Assembly: GCA_022360275.1 (NCBI GenBank)
Contig: JAKSDC010000019.1
Location: forward strand, 2,529 to 66,528
DNA from: Chlorobiales bacterium
GTDB lineage: Bacteria > Bacteroidota > Chlorobiia > Chlorobiales > Chlorobiaceae
Direction: 5' to 3'
Length of the DNA: 64,000 nt
Below the pieces are notes generated by a model, which did no database searches, had not been told where the DNA came from, and saw nothing but the letters and a program-made list of their open reading frames with translations. This document shows, in pieces, positions 10,367-19,818 of this stretch. The translations under genes and the position numbers were made by a program. Positions within the stretch are counted from its first letter, which is position 1, and each line of letters begins with the position of its first letter.

Positions 10367-12382
10367 TCACCGATCATTAGTAAGCGGGAGCCAGCGCTGC
10401 AGCATATTCATCATAATCTTGCGTTCAACCGGCTTCGGCACATAATCGTCCATACCTGCATCAAGGCACTGCTGCCTGTCCTCTTTCGTGGCATTGGCCG
10501 TCATGGCAATAATTGGAACCTTGCTGTTCAGCACCTTGCCGGAATTTCTGATTGTTTTTGTCGCCTCATAGCCGTCCATAACCGGCATCTGCAAATCCAT
10601 GAGAACCAGTCCATAATTTTTCTGCCGAAGGGCTTCGACCGCTTCAGCACCGTTAAACGCTATATCAATCCTGTAACCCATTTTTTCAAGCATGGCCCGG
10701 GCTACTTTCTGGTTTATCGTATTGTCCTCGACGAGCAAAATCTCCTTCTTTTCTACCGCCATTTCAGAAACATCAGCCTGACATTTGCCTGTCCCCGTTT
10801 CCTCATGGTCAAACGCAGCATGACTGCCGCTCTCTTTCACCTTTTCAAAGGAAAGCGAAAAGCTGAACGTGGAGCCCTCTCTTTCACTGCTCCTCAACTC
10901 AACCTCTCCACCCATAAACGAAACGAGTTTTCTCACGATCGCAAGACCAAGCCCTTTCCCTCCTTCCTTACGGGTCGATGACGCATCGATCTGTGTAAAA
11001 GGCTGAAAAATCTGATCCTGCTTTTCTTCCGGAATACCGATGCCTGTGTCTTGCACGGAGATTTTGAGGACAACCGCATCTTCCGTTTCAGAAACTACCG
11101 AAGCAATAACCGCGACCTCTCCTCTATAGGTAAACTTGATGGCGTTTTGAATCAGATTAAGAAGTACCTGTTTCATGTATCCGGAATAGCCGATGAGAGT
11201 GCCCGGAACACTGTCATCAATATCACCTGTAAGCACCAGACCCTTGACGCTCGCCTTTTCTTTCATTATGGCAATAATATCCAGGAAAAGTTGACGCAGG
11301 TTAAACGCTTCTTTCTCCTCATCGATGCGTCCGGCCTCGATTCTGCTGAAATCAAGAATGTCATTGATCAGCATCAACAACATCTTGGCACTTGAATACA
11401 GCGTATCCGTATAATACCGCTGATCTTTGTCGAGCTTGGTTTCGATCAACAGCTCGGTCATTCCTATCACCGCATGCAGAGGCGTACGAACCTCATGAGA
11501 GATGTTTGCCAAAAACTCACTTTTTGCCTTGTTGGCACTCTCGGCCTCAGCTCGTGCTTTTTTCAGACGCTGTATAAGTCTGAGTTGTACCAGCTCTTTC
11601 TTTTCGACATTATGCTTCTCTTCGATCAGCTTCTCATTAAGCTTTTGAGCGTTTTCAAGTGCACTCCTTATTTCATGTTGCTGCTCTCTCTCTTTTTCCC
11701 TTAGTTCGAGCAGGTCATTACGAAGAAGAACAATTGTCCTGTAGAGTTCGCTAAGCGGATGATCAAGTGGATAAAAATCACAGGCCGTATACTCTTCAAT
11801 ATCATGATCATTAAACAGAAGATGCCCACACATTGCAACGAAGTCTTCAATTTCCTTGCGGGATATCACCACCTCCTCTTTGTCAGATGATATGGCATAA
11901 TGTGTATCCTCCCTGTTTATAGACTGAAAGGCCTCTTCAACTGAATCGACAAAAACAAAACGCTGGTTGACAACATGAGCAAAGACCGTTAGCATCGTCC
12001 TTAACATCTGTGAAGCCCCACAGATATAGGTAACTAAAGGATGACAATTATAGGCAGCATTAATCCTGTTGATAGTTTTGGCATAAAAAACCTTGGCATT
12101 GATTGATGCCTTTGTAACCGCAGAATAATCAGCGATCCTTATATAGTCACTGTTTTTTAGTCCACCGTCAGCAAAAATCCGCTCGACGAAAGCAGCTGCC
12201 TTTTGGGCAGCCTCGAAGTGAACCTCTCCACCGAGAGAAGTAAAAAAAAGTTTGCCGGGAATAACGCCGCTGTGGTAATATGCACCGGTACCGGGATCGT
12301 CGAACTGCCATTCAGGGCGGAATTCCAGCATGTCATAACTGAAACGGGGGGACCTGCCTGCTCGGCCTTGAGACTGGTTCAT
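10367..12382 (-). CDS. Soluble hybrid histidine kinase (N-terminal STAS/SEC14-like domain, HisKA, HATPase, REC)
   Basis: H-box FLANISHEVRTPL; N/G1/F/G2 boxes (NAIKFT, DTGIGI, FTQ, GLGL); REC LVED..MDLQMP..KP. No hydrophobic TM stretch seen. True start may be 12331. Confidence 0.9.
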   Translation of the reverse strand: MNQSQGRAGRSPRFSYDMLEFRPEWQFDDPGTGAYYHSGVIPGKLFFTSLGGEVHFEAAQKAAAFVERIFADGGLKNSDYIRIADYSAVTKASINAKVFYAKTINRINAAYNCHPLVTYICGASQMLRTMLTVFAHVVNQRFVFVDSVEEAFQSINREDTHYAISSDKEEVVISRKEIEDFVAMCGHLLFNDHDIEEYTACDFYPLDHPLSELYRTIVLLRNDLLELREKEREQQHEIRSALENAQKLNEKLIEEKHNVEKKELVQLRLIQRLKKARAEAESANKAKSEFLANISHEVRTPLHAVIGMTELLIETKLDKDQRYYTDTLYSSAKMLLMLINDILDFSRIEAGRIDEEKEAFNLRQLFLDIIAIMKEKASVKGLVLTGDIDDSVPGTLIGYSGYMKQVLLNLIQNAIKFTYRGEVAVIASVVSETEDAVVLKISVQDTGIGIPEEKQDQIFQPFTQIDASSTRKEGGKGLGLAIVRKLVSFMGGEVELRSSEREGSTFSFSLSFEKVKESGSHAAFDHEETGTGKCQADVSEMAVEKKEILLVEDNTINQKVARAMLEKMGYRIDIAFNGAEAVEALRQKNYGLVLMDLQMPVMDGYEATKTIRNSGKVLNSKVPIIAMTANATKEDRQQCLDAGMDDYVPKPVERKIMMNMLQRWLPLTNDR

Positions 12383-12514
12383 CAGAATTGTTTTTTAACA
12401 GCCTTGTTTTCAACACCATCTTGTACAATAATAACAACTGCACATGTGCCGTTGTAAGAAAGCCTGTGTGCATAAGTTACTTTTATTGAACCCCAACGGC
12501 AAACAGAAAAAATC

Positions 12515-13564
12515 TCAACAGATTCTGGGCAATTGTTCACCCAGAGGCATTTCCAGAATACGCCGGCTCCCCAACGGCGTGCGAATAATGACCATTCCGG
12601 GATGGTCGTTTACCACGTTACCGATAATAGAGGCATGACTGCCTGATACTTCGGAATCCTGCTGCATGATCTGCAACACTATTTCCGCACTGTCCTGCGG
12701 GACTGCAACAACCACCTTGCCCTCATTAGCAACCGTAAGCGGATCTATACCGAGAAGCTCGCAGGCACCCTGGACATCCGAACGAATCGGCAGGGATGCT
12801 TCGTTGATAACAATACCTGCCCCCGAGGCACTTGCAAGTTCATTCAGAGTCGCTGCAAGCCCTCCCCTTGTCGGATCCCTCATTGCATGAATTTGGGGTA
12901 CCTCATCCAGTATTGCGGAAATCAAACCGCTCAATGAGGCCGTATCACTCGTGATTTCCGATTGAAAGGAAAGACCTTCCCGGGCTGTCATAACCGCCAT
13001 TCCATGATCACCCAAGGTACCCGAAACAATAATGCTGTCACCAGACCTGAGGTTCCCGCAGGATATGTCAACCCCTTCTCTGATAACCCCTATTCCCGAG
13101 GTATTGATGAATATTCCGTCACACTGACCTTTCTCAACGACTTTGGTATCACCTGTTACAACCTGTACACCGGTTTTGCCCGCGGCCTCGGCCATACTCG
13201 TCACTATTCGCCGAAGATCTGAAAGAGGGTATCCCTCTTCGAGCACAAAGCCTGCGCTGAGATAGAGAGGAATCGCTCCGCCGACCGCAAGATCGTTAAC
13301 CGTCCCATTCACCGCCAGGTCACCGATATCCCCCCCCGGAAAAAAAACCGGAGCGACGACGAATGTATCCGTGGTAAACGCAATCTCGCCCGAATCAAGA
13401 GAAATTTTTGCCTGGTCATCAAGTACATTGAGCATGCTGTTTCCGAGGTAGGGCAAAAAAATCTCCCGGGTCAGTTCACGGGAAAGCTCCCCTCCCGCTC
13501 CGTGCGCCATTTGTATGGTTTCATGTCTGAGAAGAGGTGAAGGACAGTGTAAATCCATAGACAT
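12515..13564 (-). CDS. hypE: Hydrogenase maturation carbamoyl dehydratase HypE
   Basis: HGAGG, TTDTFVV, GTVNDLA, RDPTRGG and C-terminal PRIC. Confidence 0.97.
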   Translation of the reverse strand: MSMDLHCPSPLLRHETIQMAHGAGGELSRELTREIFLPYLGNSMLNVLDDQAKISLDSGEIAFTTDTFVVAPVFFPGGDIGDLAVNGTVNDLAVGGAIPLYLSAGFVLEEGYPLSDLRRIVTSMAEAAGKTGVQVVTGDTKVVEKGQCDGIFINTSGIGVIREGVDISCGNLRSGDSIIVSGTLGDHGMAVMTAREGLSFQSEITSDTASLSGLISAILDEVPQIHAMRDPTRGGLAATLNELASASGAGIVINEASLPIRSDVQGACELLGIDPLTVANEGKVVVAVPQDSAEIVLQIMQQDSEVSGSHASIIGNVVNDHPGMVIIRTPLGSRRILEMPLGEQLPRIC

Positions 13565-13589
13565 AACTTGTTTTTTTACGGGATAAAAA

Positions 13590-13673
13590 AAGCTTGATAG
13601 CGAGTTAGCTTAAATCGCTGCCGTTGAGTATTAAAGCTATCCGGCCATCAAGCCATCTGGCTGTCAAGCCCTC
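13590..13673. repeat. Inverted pair of degenerate 8-mer arrays (AAGCYATC family) in the hypD-hypE spacer
   Basis: aagctatc-cggccatc-aagccatc-tggctgtc-aagccctc (13634-13673) faces the opposite-strand array at 13590-13611; same family at 14936-14972 and 14765-14782. Confidence 0.55.
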
Positions 13674-14752
13674 TTGTGATACTTGTAATATGCCGCGCAG
13701 GTCCCTTCTGCGGAAACCATCGGTGCCCCGAGAGGATCCAGGGGGGTACACTCTTTCCCGAAAGCACCACACTCCCCAGGGTTGATGATACCCTGCAGCA
13801 CCTCGCCACTCCTGCACAACGGCGATTCATCCGGCTGTATGTGAGCCACGTCATACTTTTTCTCAGCATCGAAGGAAGAAAATTCTCCTCGCAAACGTAT
13901 GCCGCTTTGAGGTATAACTCCGATACCACGCCACTGCCGATCCGCGACTTCAAAAACTTCATTAACGGTTTTTCTTGCAACCTCATTTCCCTCCCGGCTC
14001 ACTACCCTGCTGTACTCATTGAAGACACCCAACCTCCCTGATTCCAGCATTTCTATAACCCGCAATATTCCAGAAAGAATATCCACCGGCTCGAAACCGG
14101 TCGGCACGATCGGGACATGATACTTTTCAGCTATCGATTCATATTCTTCGTACCCCGTAATCGTGCACACGTGTCCTGCCGCAAGAAATCCCTCCACTGT
14201 TTTCTGTTCAGAGGAAAGTATCGTTTTCATTGCAGGAGGCACCATGAACTGGCTGACAAGTTCGCTGAAATTGTTCAATCCCTCTTTTGCCGCCTGTTTT
14301 ACAGCCATGGCGTTTCCCGGCGCGGTTGTCTCAAAACCTATCGCAAGAAAAACCACCTCCTTGTGTGGATTGTCTCTTGCAATTGCAAGTGCCTCAAGTG
14401 GAGAATAAACGACACGAACATCTGCGCCTTCACTTCTCGCGGTTAAAAGATCCTTGCCGCTCCCCGGCACCCGTAGCATGTCACCGAAACTTGCAAGAAC
14501 CACTTCCGGCCTTTCTGCAATCGATAATGCCCTGTCAAGCGTTTCCAGGGGAGTTACACAGACCGGACAACCCGGACCGTGTACCAACCTGATTGCATCG
14601 GGAAGCAACTGATCAATGCCGTTTCTGATTATGGAATGGGTTTGGCCTCCGCATATCTCCATAATGGACCATGGCCTTGTCACGGAATCCTTAATTTTTT
14701 TGAGAATACGTCGCGCTCTATCGGGATCCCTGTATTCATCGATGTATTTCAT
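13664..14752 (-). CDS. hypD: Hydrogenase maturation protein HypD
   Basis: CGGQTHS, GPGCPVC, GFETT and C-terminal Cys cluster [12 protein letters not shown]. Confidence 0.97.
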   Translation of the reverse strand: MKYIDEYRDPDRARRILKKIKDSVTRPWSIMEICGGQTHSIIRNGIDQLLPDAIRLVHGPGCPVCVTPLETLDRALSIAERPEVVLASFGDMLRVPGSGKDLLTARSEGADVRVVYSPLEALAIARDNPHKEVVFLAIGFETTAPGNAMAVKQAAKEGLNNFSELVSQFMVPPAMKTILSSEQKTVEGFLAAGHVCTITGYEEYESIAEKYHVPIVPTGFEPVDILSGILRVIEMLESGRLGVFNEYSRVVSREGNEVARKTVNEVFEVADRQWRGIGVIPQSGIRLRGEFSSFDAEKKYDVAHIQPDESPLCRSGEVLQGIINPGECGAFGKECTPLDPLGAPMVSAEGTCAAYYKYHKRA

Positions 14753-14973
14753 TGTATACCGCTGGTTAGCTTGATGGCTTTAACGCACATAGATCCTACA
14801 AGCGGGAATTCGCACAAAAATGATCACTCAACGCTCGTTGTTTTTCGCTCAGAACTCAAAATCCGAGAACGGGTTAATTACATTATACCTTTTGAGCTTT
14901 TACTTTTGACTTTATCCTCCAGGCTCTTTAACTCTTTGCTATCCAGCTATCGAGCCAACCAGCTTTCCAGTCA

Positions 14974-15204
14974 TTATTTCCCTTTCAGCAGTTCATCCCA
15001 GAGCTTCAGACCCTCTGCCGCCTCTTCCTCGTCGATAATCTTCAACGCAAATCCTGCATGAACAATAGTGTATTGCCCCAATTGAATATCCGGTACATAT
15101 TCAAGGCACGCCCTTGTCAGAGAACCGTTTACATCCACAGTTCCCATTTTCATCCCGTTTTCTTCGTTTATAGCAACAACTTTTCCCGGTATGGCTAAAC
15201 ACAT
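14974..15204 (-). CDS. hypC: Hydrogenase maturation chaperone HypC
   Basis: N-terminal MCLAIPG (Cys2) and VHAGFAL; start set at 15204. Confidence 0.95.
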   Translation of the reverse strand: MCLAIPGKVVAINEENGMKMGTVDVNGSLTRACLEYVPDIQLGQYTIVHAGFALKIIDEEEAAEGLKLWDELLKGK

Positions 15205-15231
15205 AGTTTCAAAAGTCAAAATTCAAAAGAA

Positions 15232-17532
15232 TCAGATAACTCCTTTATACTTGCCTTTGAGATATTCCCTGCCGATCACTGCCTGTCCGAGGGAAATCCC
15301 TCCATCATTACAGGGTACCTGAGCATGGGTCAGAACCGTATACCCCTGTTGTTCAAGCTTTTTGACAAGACCTTCAAATAAAAGAGCGTTCTGAAAAACT
15401 CCCCCACTGAGTACGACATTGCGGGCACCTGAGAAGGTCACCGCTTTATTTACAATGCTATAAAGCAGATGAACCATTGTTACATGAAAATTTCTACTGA
15501 TTGCGGAAATTTCTTCCCCGCCCTGTACATCCGCTACAATATCGCGAATCAAAGGCGAGACGGAAAGAAGCCATCTATCGTTATCTGCAGGCACTGTTTC
15601 CCATGAATACGCTTTCCCTTCGAGTCCCCCTGCCGCATGCATGAGTTCTACGGCGGCCTGCCCTTCATAAGTAATCTCATCCCGTAGCCCGATGATTCCC
15701 GCAACGGCGTCAAAAAGCCGTCCGCAACTGCTTGTCATTGGAGAATTGATCCCTTTTTCAAGTAGTTGAGCGATGTCTGAAACATCTTTATTCCCCATTA
15801 ACCCACGCTTCGCAAGGTCACCGTAAGTATGATACAAATACCCGGCGGCCACTTTCCAGGGATGAAAAACGGCGGCATCGCCGCCAGGCAGAGGAACCGG
15901 TTCGAACCAGGCAAAGCGGAATGCTTCCGCCGCATTTCCTATCAGCACTTCTCCACCCCAGCCTGTTCCGTCGATGCCGTATCCAGCACCGTCAAGAATA
16001 ACACCGACCGCAGTTTCTTCACAACGGTTTTCGGCCAAACACGATGCCAAATGAGCGTGATGGTGCTGCACCTGCAAGAGCGGCTGCTCTTTTTGCTCAA
16101 GAGCCCAGCGGGTTGACAGATAGGCGGGATGCATATCGCAAACAAACAATTCGGGAGATACCTGAAAAATCTCCTGAAGATGATCAGCAACTTTCATGAA
16201 ATGAGTGTAAGCCTCGTAATTCTTTAGATCGCCGATATGCTGACTCAGAATCGCATCCGCTCCTTTGAGCAGGCAAACCGTGTTCTTAATTTCGGCACCT
16301 GCAGCAAAAACAGGGGGGCCTTCCGAAGAAAGCGCTACCGGAGCCGGCGCATACCCCCGACTACGCCTTATCTGCCGGAGCTTCCCGGCCAGATGAACCG
16401 TTACGGAATCATCACATCTCAGGTAAATCGGACGATTGTGTACAAGGTAACCGTCGGCTATACCGTTAAGCTGTGTTATTGCATCGCTCTCTTCAATAAC
16501 AATAGGTTCATCAGAACAGTTTGCGCTGGTCATGACGAGAACTCTGGGGCCGAGCTCCATCATCAGTACATGCAGAGGAGTATACGGCAGCATCATACCC
16601 AGACGATCGTTGCCCGGTGCAATTACACCTGAAAATGAGGATCCTTTTTTTTTCAAAAGAACAACAGGTGCCTCCGGTGAACGAAGTGCCTGACGCTCTT
16701 TCTCATTGACCATGCAATACCTTTCTGTCGTCTCTATATCTCTTGCCATCAGGGCAAATGGCTTTTCTTCCCGCCCCTTTCTTTTTCTCAGGCGGAGAAT
16801 TGCAGCGTCATCGAAAGCGTTAACGGCAAGGTGATACCCACCGATACCTTTTACCGCAACAATCAGGCCTTTTTGGAGCATGCCGAGAGCATGCTCCAAG
16901 GGATCAGCACAGTTCACCACCTCCCCATCGGCATCAAGCATATGCAAAGCCGGTCCGCAATCCGGACATGCGTTAGGCTGAGCATGAAACCTCCTGTCCA
17001 TAGGATCATGATACTCCCCATCACAAGCGCTGCACATCTCAAACTTTTTCATTGAGGTATACGGACGATCATAAGGAATCTTTTCTACAATGGTATAGCG
17101 CGGTCCGCAGTTGGTGCAATTGATAAAGGGGTAGGCATGCCTCCGGTCAGAAACGTCAAGCAACTCGCTCCTGCAATCTTTGCAAATGGCAACGTCCGGA
17201 GATACCATCGTCCGGACTGTTCCCTCGCTGTCAGAAGTAATAATGAAAAAATCCCGATCCTGTTCGGGGGAAATTTTTTCGACTTCGAACGAAGAAATCC
17301 GTGCAAGCGGGGGCGCCTTGTCACGCAGTTCTCCACAGAAACGTCTCAGTTTTACCAAGTCACTGCTCTGTACCTCTATGCAGACACCGGAAGCGGTATT
17401 ACGTATAAAACCGCTGAAACCGGCTTCTTTTGCAAGACGATAGACAAAAGGCCTGAACCCTACACCCTGTACAACACCATTGACAAAGAGTCTCAGCCTT
17501 TTTTCAGCTTTGACTTCAACCATTGTATCCAT
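15232..17532 (-). CDS. hypF: Carbamoyltransferase HypF
   Basis: GVVQGVGFRPF acylphosphatase domain; CxxC zinc fingers; KGIGGYHL; QHHHAH; NDGGISLGQ. The start (17532 or 17523) lies inside the hypB 3' end. Confidence 0.96.
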   Translation of the reverse strand: MDTMVEVKAEKRLRLFVNGVVQGVGFRPFVYRLAKEAGFSGFIRNTASGVCIEVQSSDLVKLRRFCGELRDKAPPLARISSFEVEKISPEQDRDFFIITSDSEGTVRTMVSPDVAICKDCRSELLDVSDRRHAYPFINCTNCGPRYTIVEKIPYDRPYTSMKKFEMCSACDGEYHDPMDRRFHAQPNACPDCGPALHMLDADGEVVNCADPLEHALGMLQKGLIVAVKGIGGYHLAVNAFDDAAILRLRKRKGREEKPFALMARDIETTERYCMVNEKERQALRSPEAPVVLLKKKGSSFSGVIAPGNDRLGMMLPYTPLHVLMMELGPRVLVMTSANCSDEPIVIEESDAITQLNGIADGYLVHNRPIYLRCDDSVTVHLAGKLRQIRRSRGYAPAPVALSSEGPPVFAAGAEIKNTVCLLKGADAILSQHIGDLKNYEAYTHFMKVADHLQEIFQVSPELFVCDMHPAYLSTRWALEQKEQPLLQVQHHHAHLASCLAENRCEETAVGVILDGAGYGIDGTGWGGEVLIGNAAEAFRFAWFEPVPLPGGDAAVFHPWKVAAGYLYHTYGDLAKRGLMGNKDVSDIAQLLEKGINSPMTSSCGRLFDAVAGIIGLRDEITYEGQAAVELMHAAGGLEGKAYSWETVPADNDRWLLSVSPLIRDIVADVQGGEEISAISRNFHVTMVHLLYSIVNKAVTFSGARNVVLSGGVFQNALLFEGLVKKLEQQGYTVLTHAQVPCNDGGISLGQAVIGREYLKGKYKGVI

Positions 17533-18290
17533 AGATCAAAACCCTCACCTGTTGCTGCTGAAAGCTCGAACCATTCAAGTTTATGGTTAACCTTCAATGC
17601 ATTCTCCCTGCATACTGTCGTGTCGAAAGAAACATAGGGCAAAAGGTCTGTTTTGTTCAAAACACAGACATCGGCTTCGACAAACATCGTAGGATATTTT
17701 AACGGTTTGTCATCTCCCTCAGTCACGCTTATGACGACAATCTTCATTGCCTCACCCAGGTCGAAAAGTGCCGGACAAACAAGGTTGCCGACATTTTCGA
17801 TACAAAGAAGAGAGCGGTCTGCAAGGGTCATCTCCTTTACTGCGCGGTTAACCATCAATGCATCAAGATGGCACCCTGTACCGGTATTAACCTGAAGAAC
17901 GGGAACCCCAAGCGCCTGGATGCGGTCGGCATCTCTTGTTGTCTGTTGATCCCCCTCAATAACACTGACCTGATGGTCAGGCAGTATCAAAGGAATGGTT
18001 TTCTCAAGCAGCGTGGTTTTCCCGGAGCCGGGAGAGCTCAGAAAATTGATTGCAAGTACATTCCTGGCCTCGAAAAAACCTCTGTTTCTTTCGGCAAGAA
18101 GGTTGTTTTGCAACAGTACATCCTGCTCGACAGCCACCCGACGGCCACGGCTGTGATCATGGTCTCCGGAAACATGTTCATGATGATGCTGTGCACAACC
18201 GTCATCGTTGACATGGACATGATATGAAGCATCTCCCGGCCTATAGATAGTGGCACCGTTGCCAGACGAACATCCGCAAGTATCACACAT
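17493..18290 (-). CDS. hypB: Nickel-insertion GTPase HypB
   Basis: N-terminal CDTCGC, His-rich linker, SSPGSGKTT, GCHLDA, ENVGNLVCP, NKTD. Confidence 0.97.
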   Translation of the reverse strand: MCDTCGCSSGNGATIYRPGDASYHVHVNDDGCAQHHHEHVSGDHDHSRGRRVAVEQDVLLQNNLLAERNRGFFEARNVLAINFLSSPGSGKTTLLEKTIPLILPDHQVSVIEGDQQTTRDADRIQALGVPVLQVNTGTGCHLDALMVNRAVKEMTLADRSLLCIENVGNLVCPALFDLGEAMKIVVISVTEGDDKPLKYPTMFVEADVCVLNKTDLLPYVSFDTTVCRENALKVNHKLEWFELSAATGEGFDLWIQWLKSKLKKG

Positions 18291-18362
18291 AGTTTTATAT
18301 TAATTGTTGAATCGTTGATTTGTTGAGTTGATTTGCATTGACAAGATGAACCCCGCGCTTTG

Positions 18363-18707
18363 TCACTCATCCAGAGTAATGGATTTGATCGATAACTCCC
18401 TGCCGGAAACTATAGTAGTTTTCAGGGACCCGCAGAAATCACATTTCGTATAAAAACCGTTCATCGGAAAACGTTTGCCGCACTCCTCACACTCTCCCAA
18501 AGGTTCTATTTCGCGAATAGCAAGCTCGGCCCCCTCCACAATCGTGTTTTTTGCAGCCGCTGAAAAACAGAATTTCAGGGATTCGGTTTGAACACCCGAA
18601 ACCTTTCCAATTTCAAGTTCAATTTGATTGACTTTTCGGGATTGCTCATTCCCGGCTTTTGCAACTACTGCATCTATTATAGACAGAGCTATTGACATCT
18701 CGTGCAT
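18363..18707 (-). CDS. hypA: Nickel metallochaperone HypA
   Basis: MHEMSIA, two CxxC motifs and GREL. Confidence 0.96.
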   Translation of the reverse strand: MHEMSIALSIIDAVVAKAGNEQSRKVNQIELEIGKVSGVQTESLKFCFSAAAKNTIVEGAELAIREIEPLGECEECGKRFPMNGFYTKCDFCGSLKTTIVSGRELSIKSITLDE

Positions 18708-18851
18708 ACACGCTCCCTCTTGTTGAAAGTAACAACATCCTGCCTGAAATCATTTCCTTCGCTCAATAAACAGTGTACACTTCAAATTTCATATTTTTTG
18801 TAAATTTGCTGTGAGTTCAGGGTTATTGACATTTTTGGAGACACAACTGCA

Positions 18852-19811
18852 TTGAAACACCTCACAGGATTATCAGGCATACCAGCGTCAAGAATTAACG
18901 AAATTCTTGACAGGGCTGTTTTTCATAAAGATCTGTTTCTGGATGCAGAAAGCGCTATCCCCCCTGCCCTTCAGGGAAAACGCATTGTTCTTGCGTTTTT
19001 CGAAAACTCTACAAGAACCCGGTTTTCATTTGAAATCGCAGCGCGTAATCTCGGTGCCGTTACCCTTAATTTCAATGCCTCATCGAGCAGCGTCACGAAA
19101 GGCGAGAGTATTGTCGATACCATAAAAAACCTGGAGGCAATGCAGGTTGACGCTTTCGTCATTCGTCACCCATCTTCCGGCTCAGCCGAACAGATAAGCC
19201 GTATAACCGACAAACACGTTGTTAATGCCGGGGACGGAACTCATGAGCATCCTACCCAGGCACTGTTGGACATTTTTACGTTGCGGGATTATTTTGGATC
19301 GCTGCAGGATGCGAAAATCATGATTCTGGGAGATATACTGCACAGCCGTGTAGCCCGGTCGAATATTTTCGGGCTTACAACACTGGGCGCACAAATCGGG
19401 ATCTGCAGCCCGGTCTCCCTTCTTCCTGCCGATACGGATTCTCTCGGCGTAAGGGTGTTCACCTCTATAGACGACGCCATCAGATGGGCAGATGCTGCAA
19501 TTGTACTCCGTCTTCAGCTGGAAAGAACAACCGGCGGCTATCTGCCCTCTCTTGAAGACTACTCACTGAACTTCGGGCTTACCGACGAACGTCTCGAGAA
19601 AATTCGTAAACATATGCTTGTCCTTCACCCAGGACCGGTCAACAGGGAAATCGAGATATCAAGCAATGTAGCCGACCGCATTCAGCCACCCGGTTACTCA
19701 AAAAGCGTCATGCTTGAACAGGTAACGAACGGGGTAGCTGTACGAGCCGCTGTTCTGGAAATGCTGTTTGCCGAAACAACCAAAGCCGCCAAACTTAGCA
19801 CTAATAAATAG
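18852..19811 (+). CDS. pyrB: Aspartate carbamoyltransferase catalytic subunit
   Basis: FFENSTRTRFSFE, NAGDGTHEHPTQALLD and HPGPVNR; TTG start. Confidence 0.96.
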   Translation: MKHLTGLSGIPASRINEILDRAVFHKDLFLDAESAIPPALQGKRIVLAFFENSTRTRFSFEIAARNLGAVTLNFNASSSSVTKGESIVDTIKNLEAMQVDAFVIRHPSSGSAEQISRITDKHVVNAGDGTHEHPTQALLDIFTLRDYFGSLQDAKIMILGDILHSRVARSNIFGLTTLGAQIGICSPVSLLPADTDSLGVRVFTSIDDAIRWADAAIVLRLQLERTTGGYLPSLEDYSLNFGLTDERLEKIRKHMLVLHPGPVNREIEISSNVADRIQPPGYSKSVMLEQVTNGVAVRAAVLEMLFAETTKAAKLSTNK

Positions 19812-19818
19812 TAAAACC

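Noticed and set aside
10367-12382. Horizontal origin of the kinase based on composition
   Set aside because: A hand count of one 60-nt line gave about 48% GC, not clearly lower than the surroundings by eye; no mobility marks flank it.
4882-18327. Short tandem arrays as possible CRISPR or mini-CRISPR
   Set aside because: Units are 7-8 nt with no unique spacers, and no cas genes are present.
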